NCBI GenBank assembly: GCA_964619725.1
Contig: CAZUFC010000071.1
Location: forward strand, 1-41,599
Direction: 5' to 3'
Source of the DNA: an uncultured bacterium
GTDB lineage: Bacteria > CSSED10-310 > CAZUFC01
DNA: 41,599 nt
The number at the start of each line of letters is the position of its first letter. Positions within the stretch are counted from its first letter, which is position 1. Made by a program: the position numbers and the translations under genes. A model generated the notes under the pieces. The model worked only from the letters and a program-made list of their open reading frames with translations, ran no database searches and was not told the DNA's origin. Shown here one piece after another: positions 1 through 15,000 of the stretch.

Positions 1-29
1 ATTATACCAGAAAGGGGGCTTTTCCGCAA
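1..29 (-). promoter_or_regulatory. Sigma70-type promoter pointing out of the window: TTGCGG-N17-TATAAT with extended -10 TG
   Basis: The minus strand reads TTGCGG aaaagccccctttctgg TATAAT, with a 17-nt spacer and TGn directly before the -10 box. Confidence 0.6.
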
Positions 30-51
30 GAGCCTCTATGAGAAATCCGGG
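1..51 (-). mobile_element. Probable end of an insertion sequence (possibly IS1380-like) abutting or interrupting the giant adhesin gene
   Basis: The frame is open from base 2, but LYQKGGFSARASMRNP does not align with the adhesin's internal repeat, whereas alignment is clear from GYALGG onward. Read on the minus strand from base 51 the sequence is CCCGGATTTCTCATAGAG, followed by a strong promoter pointing out of the window. The family guess rests only on a CC-starting end. Confidence 0.5.
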
Positions 52-3000
52 CTATGCCCTCGGGGGCGCGCTTTTCTGTGCTCAATCCTCGTCGCCGACG
101 TTCGACGGCGACATCCTGTCCTGCAACACGGCATACGCATATGGACACGGCTCTCAATACCGCGCCAGAGGATACGGTTACGCTTACGGCGGCTGTATTT
201 ACGCTCAAGCTTCTTCAGCGCCTTCGTTCAGCGGTTGCGACATAACGGATAACATAGCTGAAAGCTATATCAGTTCATATTACAGTAGCACAGCACAGGC
301 TTACGGTGCGGGAATGTTTACGGGAAATGCTGCGATTGTTGAGCTTTACGATGTATTGCTTTCGGGAAACAGCACGGCGGGCAGTATGTCAAATTGGTGG
401 CTCGGAGGCGCAATCTATATGGATGAATCGGCAGATGTATCCATAGACCGCAGCACGATAATCGCCAATTCAGCCTCCTACGGAGCAGCGCTTTACTACA
501 AGATCACAGGAGGAATTTTGACCAATTCCGTTCTGGCGGCTAACGGTTCAGATGCAATTTATTTAACCGAATCCGATCCAGCGATTTTTAACGTCACGAT
601 CGCTGATAATACCGGTACGGCGGTATACTGCAATTCTTCAAGCCCGACGATCACGAATTGCATTATGTGGGGCAACGACGACGACCTGGACGGGTGTCCT
701 CAGTCGTCCTATTCCGATATTGAAGAAGGTACGCCTGACGGAGCGGGCACCGGGAACATCATTCCTCCTTTGAATCCCATTTTCCTGGGCGGCGGCGATT
801 ATCACCTTCAGGTCATTTCGCCCTGTATCGACAGAGGAACCAACGTCGGCGCCCCCGACCACGATATCGACGGGGATGTGCGGCCTTATGCGGGGGGAAT
901 AGCCGATATGGGAGCAGACGAAACGCAAGAGGTCAACCCCACACCGACAGCTACCGCGTACAGTACCCCCTCAATGCTTATTTCCAGGATGACGACTCCC
1001 ACGCCTGCTGCGACTGACTTCCACGTCGATCAGGCCAACGGCGACGATTCAAATGACGGGCTTTCCTGGGCTACGGCCAAAGCATCGATTCAGGCAGGCA
1101 TTGATCTCGTAACCGTCGGCGGAAATGTACATGTCGCGGAAGGCGATTACTATGAGAATCTTGAATTGATCAGCAATTTGAACCTGTTGGGAGGATATCC
1201 TGCAGGCGGCGGCGCCAGGGACCCTGAAGTCTATGTGACCGTCATCGACGGCGGCGGTGCGGATGCTGCTATAAAAGCTGAAACTCCCGGCGGATATAAC
1301 AGCCTCATCGACGGTTTTACCATTAGAAACGGAGAAACGTCACGAGGCGCCGGATTATACTGTCTGCAGTTCATGGGATTGACGATCAGCAACAACATAT
1401 TCACGAACAACACCGCTTACAGCGCTTCCGGTCCCGTTAACGGCGGAGCCATAGCAAGTTACGCGTCAGAAGTTACCATTACTTCCAATACTATTACCGG
1501 CAATACGGCGTTGACGACGGCGGAATCCGTGGAGGCGCAGGGCGGAGCTATCTTTAATTACTATTCCGTTATGACCGTGAGCGACAATACCATTACGTAC
1601 AACACCGCTTCTGTTACGGCATCGTCAAGTTCTGCACAGGGCGGAGGAATATGCGGCGTAAGTCACTATGATACGCTGACCATCAGCGAACATACTCTTT
1701 CGTACAATACGTCTATGGGCAGCGCTTCCAATACCATGATTCAAGGCGGCGCAATTCATTGTTCAGGCTTGAATACAGCTCAAATTTTCAACAATGAAAT
1801 AGCGTATAATGCGGCCATGACCTCAGGCAATCCAAACAACCCGGAAGCGATGGGAGGAGCGGTCTATTATGCGCTCACGGCTTCGGATGCTTCCATTTCC
1901 AGCAATAACATACTGGAAAACAAAGCTTACGTGAATTACAACGCTTCCGGATCGCCCACGAATTATGCTTACGGCGGCGGGATTTACATGGCACAGGATT
2001 CTTCGCCCCTGCTGTCGGAAAACTCGATAGTGAATAACACCGCTTATGCGTATGCCCTTACCAACAGCAGCAACAGAACGGCGACGGCTTATTCTTACGG
2101 CGGCGGACTTTATTGTTGCGAAGGTTCATCGCCTTCTCTGGACGGCGATATGATCGTCGCCAACACTTCTTATGCCTACGGGCACGGTTCTCAGTACCAA
2201 TCACGCGGTTACGGATACGCCTATGGCGGCGGATGTTGTTTAATAGGCGTATCGGTTCCGACGCTGAGCAATTTCGCGACCGTGGCGGATAACATAGCGG
2301 AAGGTCGCGTCAGCAGCTATTATTCGTCACAAGGATATTCTTACGGCGGCGGCATATACGGCGATTCGGACACTTCGCTGCATGCCGAGAACGCAATCAT
2401 CAGCGGAAATTCCGCTACAGGAAGTCATTCATGCTGTTGGACGGGCGGCGGCCTTTGGCTGAACGGCGCTGCCGACCTGCAATTCGATAAATGCGACATT
2501 CGGGATAATCAGGCAACGGAAGGCGGCGGGTTGTACTTATCGTCATGCAGCGGAAGCTTCCGCAATACTTTTACGGTTTTGAACTCAAGCGATGGATTCA
2601 AGCTGAGCGATTCATCCCCGGAATTGTACAATTTGACTATTGCGGACAATGGAGGAACAGGAGTCGAATGCACGGGCGCATCGACGCCGGTAATCGTCAA
2701 TTGCATATTCTGGGATAACTACGATGATCTGGATCAGTGTTCCGCAACCTATTCAAACGTGGAGGAAGGCGCTGAAGGGGAGGGAAATCTCGATCCGCCA
2801 GTGAATCCTGATTTTTACGGTTACGGCGATTATCATTTAAGATTCACCTCGCCCTGCATCGATGAAGGCACGTCCGAAGACGCTCCGCCGGATGATTTCG
2901 ACAGCGAGGTAAGGCCTGATCCCGATACGGGATTGGTCGATATAGGCGCCGACGAATTTTATGAGCTTCTGATAACGCCCCGCCCCAGCCCGACAAAAAC

Positions 3001-6000
3001 CCCGTCAGCGACTGCCACTTATTCGCCCACTCCGAAACCCACATCGACATTCACTCTCACCCCGACATCGACGCCGGCTCCGCCCTATCCTGACATATAT
3101 GTGGATCAAAATTTCGGCGACGACAATAATGACGGGCTTTCCTGGGGTACGGCAAAGGCTTCGATCGGGGCCGCTCTGGCGGCAACTTCCGCAGGATTCT
3201 TCAATATCCATGTCGCAGAAGGCACATATTACGAAAACCTGGTTCTCTGGGACGGAATAAATCTCCTGGGCGGTTACCAGGCAGGCGGCGGCCTGAGAGA
3301 CCCTGAGACTTATACGACCATAATAGACGGTCAGGGTCTCGGACCTGTGATACTTATCGTATACAGTTTTGCCGTAACCGTTGACGGATTTACCGTTCAG
3401 AACGGTCAAGGAGCTTACGGCGCGGGAATATATTGCTACTCTTCAGACGCTGTATCCATTTCCAGCAATACCGTTACCGGCAATACCGCCATATCAGGTT
3501 CTTCAACCGTTCAGGGCGGCGGCCTCTACGCTTATTACTCCACTATCAGCATCAATGATAATACGATATCGGAAAACACTTCGAGCATATCGGCAGGATC
3601 AAGCGTCGCCTGCGGCGCAGGATTCTTCGGACAGGAGCTTTTTGATTCAAGCCTGACGAATAATTCAATCATAAATAACGCTGCTTATGCATCAGGGTCC
3701 GGCTCGGCAGCAGCGGGCGGAGCATTATATTTCCTGGATAATATCGGAAGCTTCGCTATTTCTTCCAACACGATAGAAAACAATACCGCTGAAGCGACCG
3801 GAAACGCAACGGGTTCCTATGGCGGCGCTGTTTACTGCAGCGGATATGCGGCTACTGTTTTGGAAAACAACGAAATTTCCGGCAATTGCGCTCAGAACAA
3901 TTCTCCTTCAGCATCGGGAACGGTTCGGGGAGGCGGCGTCTATTGGGGTATCGCCGGAACCGCATCGACAATATCCGGCAACGTCATTTCCGCCAACTCC
4001 GCATACAGTTATTATAATTCTTCAGGATCGAGAGAATACGACGCCAGGGGCGGCGGAATGTATATCGACGAATTGAGTTGTCCCAACATGATCGGTAACG
4101 ACATCACATCCAACCAGGCTTATTGTTACACCAAAACCAATTCACAAAACAGGACCGCAACGTCATATGCCTGCGGCGGCGGCATTTACTGCGCGCTGTC
4201 TTCTTCACCCTCGATGAGCGGCGACACGATCTCCGGCAATACGGCATACGCCTACGGCCACGCTTCTCAATATCAGTCCACCGGCTATGCATACGCTTAT
4301 GCGGGAGGTATCTATTTTGTCGGTTCTGCAGGGCCGGTTATGAGCGATTTTACTTCCATAAGCGACAACAAGGCCGAGGGCGGGGTCAGCTCATATAATT
4401 CATCGCAAGGATACGTTTACGGCGGGGGTATCTACTGCGGCGAAAACGGCGCTTTGAATGCAGAAACAGTAATTTTGAGCGGCAACGTCTGCACGGGGAC
4501 GAATTCAGGTTGCTGGTTCGGCGGCGGGGCCTATTTCAATCTTTCAGGACCGGTATCATTCGACCGGTGCGAAACAGTCGACAATACCGCTACATACGGC
4601 GCAGGCCATTATGCAAACGGGACGGACGGCGTGTATACGAACTGTTTCGTAGTGTCCAATTCAAGCGATGGATTCTATCTTGATGATGCTTCGCCTGAAT
4701 TGACGAACCTGAGTATCGCTAATAACGGCGGCACCGGCGTGAAATGCCTGAACGGGTCCTCGCCTGTAATTACGAACTGCATCGTATGGTTTAACGGCGA
4801 TGATCTTCATACCTGTCCGCAGGCGAGTTATTCCGATATCGGGGAAGGAGCGCCCGACGGCGAGGGGGCCGGGAATTTCATACCGCCCGTCGATCCGGTA
4901 TTCTTGGGCGGCGGCGATTATCACCTGTCCGATCATTCTCCCTGTATAGATCGAGGAACTGATATCGGAGCGCCGGATCACGACATTGACGGCGAATTTC
5001 GTCCATATGCCGGAACCATAACCGACATGGGCGCGGACGAAACGGACTCGATGAATCCCACAGTTTTGCCTACCATTACCGAAACCCCGACAGCGACGCC
5101 CACATTCACCCCGACTGCAACCATAACCCCGGAAGACGATCATTTTTATGTCGACGGAATCAATGGGGACGATTCCAATGACGGACTCAACTGGGAAACG
5201 GCCAAAGCTTCGGTACAGGGGGGAATCAACCTGGTGTCCGGTTCAGGGATAGTGCATGTAGCTGCAACGACCTATTATGAAAACGTCAGCCTTACGAGCG
5301 GCGTAACTCTGCTGGGCGGTTATCCGCCGGGCGGCGGAACCCGTGATCCCGCAGTAAACGTCACGGTGATCGACGGCGATCATAATGATTGTGCGTTTAA
5401 AGCGGAGAACGGACAAGATGCCGTCATAGACGGTTTTACGGTAACCAACGGCGATGCCTCGCTCGGCGGCGGCATTTACTGCCTGAACTTCGACGGAATG
5501 ACTGTAAGCAATAACATAATCACCGGAAATACCGTTTCCAGCGGCTCGGACGGAGTCAAGGGCGGCGGAATTTACAGTTATAATTCGAGCATAACGATAG
5601 AATCGAATACGGTAACAGGGAATACAGCGAACTCTTCTGCATCTGGAGGATATGCGCACGGCGCCGGCGTCTATTGCGGAGTCTACGATACTGCGGTCAT
5701 AAACGAAAACCAGATAACGGCCAATCTGAGCGCGACCTCCGGAACATCGGCAGAATCTGCAGGCGGCGGATTAGTCTGCCAGGTCTTTTCCGGAACTCTG
5801 ACCGTAGCCGGAAATACCCTTACGGAAAATACGGCCCAGTCAGACGGGGGTGGTTCAAAGACAAAAGCTGGCGGTTTCTATTGTTCCGGCGCCGGCGTTG
5901 CGGACATAGCTGATAACCAGATAACGAACAACGTTGCTCAAACGTCGGGGAATCCGAACAATGCCGAAGCTTACGGCGGCGGAGTCTATCATGCGGTTCT

Positions 6001-9000
6001 CAATTATGGGTCGACCATGACGGATAATGTGATTTCGGACAACAGGGCTTATGTTTACTATAACTCTTCCGGTTCGCCGACCAATTATGCCTACGGCGGC
6101 GGTTTTTACATGGCGGAGAATTCTTCGCCGTCCCTGTCAGGCAACGTCATTTCCAGCAATACGGCATATTCCTACTCCCGCAGCAACAGCCAAAATAGAA
6201 CGGCGAATTCTTATGCTTACGGGGGCGGTTTATATTGTTGCGAAGGTTCGTCGCCCTCTTTTAACGGAGACTTGATATCCTTCAACACGGCTTACGCATA
6301 CGGTCATGCTTCTCAATACCAATCGACAGGCAATGCGTATGTTTATGGCGGCGGTTGTTATTTCTACGGTTCGTCGTCCCCCTCTTTCAGTCATGACGCA
6401 ACGGTATCGAGTAACGGGTCGGAGGGACGCGTTACTACCTATTATTCTTCTCAAGCCTACGCATACGGCGGCGGAATATACGCCGGCGCCGATGTCGCGT
6501 TAAACGCGGAAGATTCATTCATAACCGGCAACTATATTGCCGGTTCGGATGCTTCCAACTGGTACGGGGACGGTTTTTACTTCAACGGTTCCACGAACGT
6601 AGATTTCGATCGATGCGATATTCGTGAAAACGCAGCTTCGACCGGCGGGGGATTGTATCTGAACGAATCCGACGCCTCTTTCAGCAACTGTTTCGTGGTG
6701 TTGAACGCCGACGATGCCTTCTATCTGTATGATTCTTCACCGGACTTGATGAACATGACCATTGCGGATAATAATGGAACCGCCGTGGAATGCACGGGAA
6801 CCTCTTCTCCGACGATCGTCAACTGCATCATGTGGGATAACGGCGACGATCTGGACAATTGCTCCGCTACTTATTCGGACATTGAGGAGGGAGCGGAAGG
6901 CGAAGGCAACATCGATCCGCCTGTTAATCCTGATTTCTTCGGTTACGGCGATTACCACCTGAGATATACTTCACCCTGCATAGACGAGGGAACATCAACC
7001 GGGGCTCCGCCGGACGATTTCGACGGCGAAGCGAGACCGAATCCTTCGTCGGGCTTAATCGATATAGGCGCTGATGAGTTCTACGAATCGGATATAACAG
7101 CGACGCCGCAACCCACGAAGACGCCGAGCAGGACGCCGACCTATTCTCCTACTGCGACGAATTCGCCCACGCCGAGCCTGACGCCGACGACCACGCCCAC
7201 CTTGCCGTATCCCGATCTTTATGTTGATCAGACGAACGGAAACGATGAAAACGACGGCTCTTCCTGGGGCACGGCCAAGGCGAGTATCGGTTCAGCTCTG
7301 GATGCGGCATCTTCGGGATTCTGCAATATTCACGTGGCTGAAGGTAACTACCAGGAGAACCTGATCCTGTTCGACGGAATAAATCTGTTGGGCGGTTATC
7401 CCGCCGGCGGCGGCGAGCGCGAGCCGGCGACCTATGTAACGACTATTGACGGCGGAGAAATTGATTCGACTCTTACGATCGTATTTTGTCTCAGCGTTGC
7501 CGTAGACGGATTCGTTATACAAAACGGATTGCAGGAATACGGAGGCGGCCTCTATTGTTTCAGCGCCATGGACATCGAAATATCGAACAACGTCATAACC
7601 GGGAACACGGCATACTCGGTATCGTCCGATGCTTTCGGCGGCGGCGTATATGCGCTCGATTCATGGATAACCGTCAGCGGCAACACCGTTACCGACAATA
7701 CGTCGGTTTCTACTGCCGATTCTCATTATGTGCGAGGCGGCGGAATTTACATTGAAGGCGCTATGGATTCGACGATTACCGGCAACGAGATTACAGCCAA
7801 CTTCTGTTATGCATCCGGTTCAGGCGCTACGGCTGCAGGCGCAGGAATGTATACGCTGGATCACGTCGGAACCCTTTCCGTAACGTCCAACGAACTGACG
7901 GACAATATTGCTCAGGCATCAGGCAATGCCGTGACGGCTCTGGGCGGCGGTCTTCACTGCGCCGGGAATTCAACGCTCGGCGTTACGAACAACGTCATAA
8001 CGGGAAACAAGGCTCAAAACAGCTCGCCTTCCGCGTCCTGGGGAACCGTTCGCGGCGGCGGAGTCTATTGCGACGTAGCTGGAACCGCAGCGACTCTATC
8101 AGGAAACGACATTTCACAAAACAGCGCTTACAGCTATTATAACGCGTCGGGTTCGAGTGAATATAATGCGCGCGGCGGCGGGATGTTCATCGACGAGTTC
8201 AGCAGTCCTTACATGAGTGAAAATACGATTACGTCGAACACGGCTTATTGTTATACCAGGACAAATTCACAAAGCAGGACCGTAACCTCTTACGCTTACG
8301 GCGGAGGCATCTATTGCGCACAATTTTCTTCTCCTCATATGAACGGCGACACGATAGCCGGCAACACGTCCTATGCCTATGGACATGCTGTTCAATACCG
8401 ATCCACGGCTTATGGATACGCCTATGCCGGCGGAATATACTTTACAGGCTCTTCAGAGCCGGTGATATACGGCTTTTCCAGCGTGACCGACAATCTGGCC
8501 GAAGCTAACAACAGCTCCTATTATACAGCCTACAGCTATACATACGCCGGCGGCATATACTGCGGCGAGGGCGCCGCATTGAACGCGGAAACATTCCTTG
8601 TCAGCGGTAATGCCTGTGCCGGTTCACACTCCGGCAACTGGACGGGCGGCGCCGGATATTTCTATCAATCGGGTCCGGTTCAATTCGACCGCTGCGAAAT
8701 CCTGGATAATTCTGCGACTTACGGCGCCGGCTTTTACAACAACGCTACGGATGGAATTTTCACCAACTGCTTCGTCGTCGCCAATTCAAGCGAAGGATTC
8801 TACCTGGATGCCGCTTCGCCCGAATTAATGAACCTTACGATTGCCGATAATTCCGGAACCGGCGTGAGATGCGAAGGAGCGTCTTCACCCGTGATTACCA
8901 ATTGTATAGTCTGGAACAATTCGGATGATCTTTCCGGTTGTCCCCAGGCGAGCTATTCCGATATCGGGGAGGGATCGCCTGACGGAGACGGTATCGGCAA

Positions 9001-12000
9001 CTTCATACCGCCGCTTGAACCCCTGTTCATCGATGTCGACGATTATCATCTGCATGAATTGTCGCCCTGCATAGATAGAGGAACCAATCTGGGGACGCCT
9101 GATCACGACATTGACGGAGATTCGCGACCCTATGCCGGCAAAATAGCCGATATGGGCGCTGACGAAACCCTGGCGACCAATCCGACGCCTTTACCTACGA
9201 TAACTCAAACCGCTACGCCAACCCCGACTTTTACTCCCACGCCTACTGTTACCCCGGACGACAATGAATACTACGTTGACGGCATCAACGGCAGCGATTT
9301 CAATGACGGTCGCAATTGGGAGACGGCCAAAGCTTCAATAAAGGCTGCAATCGATCTCGTTCAAGATGCAGGCGTAGTTCATGTGGCCGCCGAAACATAT
9401 TATGAAAACATCAGTATGAAAAGCGGGTTGTCTCTTCTCGGAGGTTACCCGCCCGGCGGCGGAGCTCGCGATCCGGAAACCAATGTGACGATCATCGACG
9501 GAAGCGCCGGATGGAACGTTATTGTTGCTGAAAACGCCCAGGACATCTCCATTGACGGATTCAAAATCACCAACGGCGATGCTCAATACGGAGCCGGCAT
9601 TTACTGTTACAACGTCAGAAATATGGTCGTCAGCAACAACGTTATCACTCAGAACACCGCAGAGTCTTCCTCTTCCGATACTTTCGGCGGAGGTCTTTAC
9701 GCCCATCATTCAGGCCTGGAAATTATTTTCAACGACATCAGCGATAATCGCTCCTTGACTTCTTTTGAAGGAGCCGTCGCCTACGGAGCAGGAATTTATT
9801 GCGACGGTGATTCCAGAATATCCATTGCAGGCAATACCATTACCGATAATACGGCTTACGGCTCCGGGAGCACGTCCAATGCCGCCGGAGGCGCCCTGTC
9901 CTCTTTCGACAGTTGCACCGATGTTCTGGCTAACGTCATCGAAAATAATTATGCTCAGGCTTACGGTTCGAGTCTGGGCGGAGGCATCCACTGCGAGGAG
10001 AGCGAACCCACGAACATTTCCGGAAACACAGTTGCAGCTAATACTGCGGAAGGTTTAGGAATAAATTCCAGGGCTTACGGCGGAGGTATGCATTTGACGA
10101 TACCTGATTCCAAGGCGCGGTTGGAAGACAACATCATTCAATCCAACGCAGCTTACATCTATTATTATTCGAGCGGTTCACCGACCGGTAAATGCTACGG
10201 CGGGGGAGTATATCTCGGTGAGAACTGCGATCCTGTCATGCTGGAAAATTTTATTGATTCAAATTGCGCTTATGCCTATTGCCGGACCAATTCGTCGAGC
10301 AGACAGGCCTATGCTTATTCATACGGCGGCGGGATATATGGAGCAGACGGCGCTTCCCCGCTGATAAGCTCTGGCACGATAACAGCCAATACCTCTTACG
10401 CCATGGGACATGCTGCTCAATATAATTCCAGAGGTTATGCGTACGCATACGCCGGGGGAGTATACCTTTCCGATAACTCTGTTACGACTGTCAACGCCGA
10501 TTGTCTGATTTCCGGGAACATTGCTGATGCCTACGGTTACGGCAATTACACGCCGACTTCTCAATCCTTTGGAGGCGGATTCTACTGCACCGGCGCTTCA
10601 ACATCTCTGACCTTGATTGATGTGGAACTGACTCTAAGTTCCGCCGACAGCAACATCAGCAATAATGCTTTCGGCGGCGCCATGTATTTGCATTCGATCA
10701 CTCCGCAATTCGATCGCACGTCAATAACGGGCAATACGGCAGATATCGGCGGCGGAATATACCTGTACGAAACCAACGGCGGCAGTTTCCAGAATTTGTT
10801 GATACAGGGAAGTTCCTCTCATGCCGTCTATTCTGTCGATTCCGATCCTTCAATAGTCAATGATACGATTGCGGATAACGGCAACGGCATCTTCTGCACG
10901 GGAACGACTTTGCCCGTCATCTGGAATTGCATACTCTGGAACAACAACGATGATTTGAACGGCTGCACCGCGACTTATTCCGATGTAGAGGACGGGGACC
11001 CTGGCGAAGGCAATATTGCTCAGAATCCCAACTTTTTCGGCAGCGGAGATTATCACCTGTTCTTCATGTCTCCGTGCATTAATGCAGGGACAAACGACGG
11101 AGCGCCGACGCTGGATATCGACAAGCAGTCCAGACCGAACGAATCCGTCACCGACATGGGTTTCGACGAAGTTCATGCCTTCCCGCCGAATACCCCGACG
11201 CCCACAAACACTCCCTCGCCCGGCCCCACATGTCAGCCGCTTTCCACATTTACTCCGACATCCCATCCCACTTACTTCCCCACGGATACCCCCACTTTAA
11301 CGCCCACGCCGACGGTAACTCTGTCGCCGACAATAACACTGACACCGACAGAAACATTGACGCCAACCATAACGCTTTCGCCGACAGCATCGCCTACATT
11401 GACTCCAACTCTGTCCCCCACCGCCACGCTTTCGCCGACTCAACCGCCTACTTTAACGCCGACATTTTCGCCGACGCCCGATATGACGTCCACCCGGACT
11501 CCCACCTTTACCGTCACTTCAACGGAAACACCCACAGAAACCGTTGTCCCAACCCCTATTCCGACCAGTACGCCCATCCATCAAACCAACTGCGGATGGT
11601 ATAATAATTTTGAAGATTACGCGTGCGGCATCAGCGGACTCGCCGGCGAAGACTTCATCACTCTGTTCGAGGTTTCTGAAGTCTGCGACATCACGCTTTC
11701 CATGTATAACGTCACGCCGCAGGATTATGATCCCATACTTCTGCTGTGGGACGGCGCCGGACCTGAACATTGCTTCATTTATGTTGATGATAACGGTCAG
11801 GGAGAAGGCGAAACCATCACCATCGCCGGCCTGGAACCGGGAAATTATTACGCAGTGATAGATTCTTACGAGTCATGCGGTTATTGGGACTTGAGCCTAA
11901 CAATTGAAAATTGCGCCTCCGTGACGCCTACACCCATCTATACGACGACTTCCACGCCGACGGCGATACCGACCGGTACGCCCATTCCTCAGACTAACTG

Positions 12001-15000
12001 TGGATGGTATAACGACTTTGAAGACTACGCATGCGGCATCGAGGGACTGGCCGGTGAGGACTTCATCGCCTTTATTGAGGTTCCGGAAGTATGCGATGTT
12101 ACGCTTATGATCGATAACATAGAACCCGGGGATTACGATCCGATACTGTTGTTGCTGAATGGTCCGGGACCCGAATACTGCATCGCTTACGTCTACGATA
12201 ACGGAGAAGGAGAAGGCGAAATCCTCACCATGGACTCGCTGGCTCCGGGTAATTATTACGTCGTCGTCGATTCATACTCAGACTGCGGTTACTGGGATAT
12301 GACCTATTCGCTTGATGCATGCGCATCGCCTACCCCGACGCTGATACCTTCTTCCACGCCCTCGCCTACGCCCATACCGACGCAAACGCCCATTCCTCAG
12401 ACAAACTGCGGATGGAATAACGACTTCGAAGACTACGGCTGCGGCATCAACGGACTGGCCGGTGAAGACTTCATATCCTTCCTGGTCGTGCCAAACGTTT
12501 GCGATTTTACTCTTACTATCGATAATGTCAGGCCGCATCCTTTCGACGATGAATACGATCCTGTTCTGTTGCTTCTTGACGGACCTGATCCGCAAGATTG
12601 CATAATTTACGCCGACGCGAACGGTTCTAACCAGGGCGAAACCATTTCCATCGATTCTTTCGGTCCGGGGACCTATTACGCTGTTGTCGATTCGTATGAA
12701 TCATGCGGCTATTGGGATATGGTCTATTCCCTGGATGATTGTCGCACTCCGACGCCTGAAACTTCCCCCACTTCAACCGGCACGCCGACCTTCACGGCCA
12801 TCCCTACCGGCACGCCGATACCGCAAACCAACTGCGGATGGTACGACGACTGGCAGGATTACGCTTGCGGCATCAATGGACTGGAAGGTGAAGATTTCAT
12901 TACCTTCTTCGTCGTCCAGCAAATTTGCGACGTTACGCTTACCATCGACAACTTGACTCCGGGAGATTATGATCCCGTACTGCTTCTGTTGGACGGTCCG
13001 GGCCCCGAATTCTGCTTCGCTTACGCGGACGAACACGGAGCAGCCGAAGGCGAAAGCATTACCATTACGTCATTGCAGCCGGGAACATATTACGCTGTAG
13101 TGGATTCTTATGAAAGCTGCGGTTTCTGGAATGTCTCACTCACTTTCGACAACTGTATTACGCCGACTCCCATTCCAAGCGAAACGCCGATACCCCAGAC
13201 CAACTGCGGATGGTACGATGACTGGCAGGATTATTCATGCGGGATTTACGATCTTTACGGCGAAGATTTCATAACCTTCTTCGTCGTCAACCGGGTTTGC
13301 GACGTCACTTTATCCATAGACGGCATTATCCCTGAAAATTACGACCCCATACTGCTCCTTCTTGACGGTCCCGGCCCCTTGTATTGCTTCGCTTACGCGG
13401 ACGACAACGGAGCAGGCTCTGGTGAGAGCATAACCATTCCGGACATGGAACCGGGAAATTATTACGCTGTGGTGGACTCTTATGAGGACTGCGGATACTG
13501 GAACCTTTCGTATACGCTCGACAATTGTCAGACGTCTACTCCCAGTCCCACGCCGACCTATACCCCTACGCCGAATCCGCAATCCAATTGCGGTATGAAC
13601 GACGATTACCAGGACTACGGATGCGGCATCTCAGGGCTTTACGGCGAAGACCTGGGCATCTTCGTTGTCAACCATGAATATTGCGACGTTACCATCGCCA
13701 TCGAAAATGTCACGCCTTCAGAATACGACCCTGTCCTGCTTATTATGAGCGGTCCGGACCCGAGTGATTGCTTTATTTATGCTGACGACAACGGTCCGGG
13801 CGAGGGCGAATCCATTACGCTGTTAAGCCTTGAACCCGGGAACTATTTCGTCGTCATTGACTCCTACGAAGACTGCGGATATTTCAATTTCATTCAAGTC
13901 TTTGAAAACTGTCAGGTCTATTCTCCTACGCCAACCTTTACGCCTTCACCGGGCATCACTCCGACAACCACTCCTACGCATGTATGCACAACCATCTATG
14001 TGCCGCAGGACTACCTGACTATACAGGATGCCGTGAACGCTGCTCTGGACTGCGATACCGTTCTGATTGACGACGGCGTTTATACCGGAGATAAAAACAA
14101 AAACATCGATTTCAAAGGCAAAGCCATTACCGTAACATCGATAAACGGACCGGAAAATTGTGCAATAGACTGTGAATACGAGGGCAGAGGTTTCATCTTC
14201 TTCCGCGGAGAAGACAACGGTTCGGTTTTGAACGGCCTTGATATACGAAACAGCAGCGCTAATTACGGCTCAGGCATCTATATCCAGAATTCTTCACCGA
14301 TCATATCAAACTGTATTATTTCCTATTGCTCGTCCGAGTCCGACGGCGGCGGCATATACTGCGGCAATTCATCATCGCCTGAAATTACCGGTTGCAGCAT
14401 TGTCGGAAATTCCGCCGGCGGTATGGGCGGCGCCCTATACTGCAGGGATTACTCCGATCCGACCATCACGAACTGTTCGATCTCAGAAAATACCGCTGAA
14501 CACTGCGGAGGCATATACAGCTATAACGCCGCTCCACATGTATTGAACTGCTCCATTTACGACAACTACGGGTATCATAACGGCGGAGTCTATTGCGATA
14601 TCGGATCGGCATGCACGCTCGAAAACTGCACTATCTTCAACAACTCGTCGCTCGATCAGGGCGGCGCACTGCATTTTGCCGGCAGCAGCGAAAATGTCCT
14701 CCTTAAAAACTGCTTGTTGGCAGGCAATGCGACTGAAGAGTATGGAGGCGGCGTCGCATGCTGGTACGCTTCTCCCACTTTCCAGAATTGCACTTTTACT
14801 GAAAATTCGGGAGAAAACGGCGCCGGCGCTTTTTATTGCCTCAACTCCGCTCCAATCATTAAAAACTGCATCTTCTGGAACGACACGCCCAATGAGATTC
14901 AGACTGCAGGCGTTTCGGTCATCTACATAACATACTCCAATATACAAGGCGGCTTCGAAGGCGACGGCAATATCAACCAGAACCCCATGTTCGTCGATCC

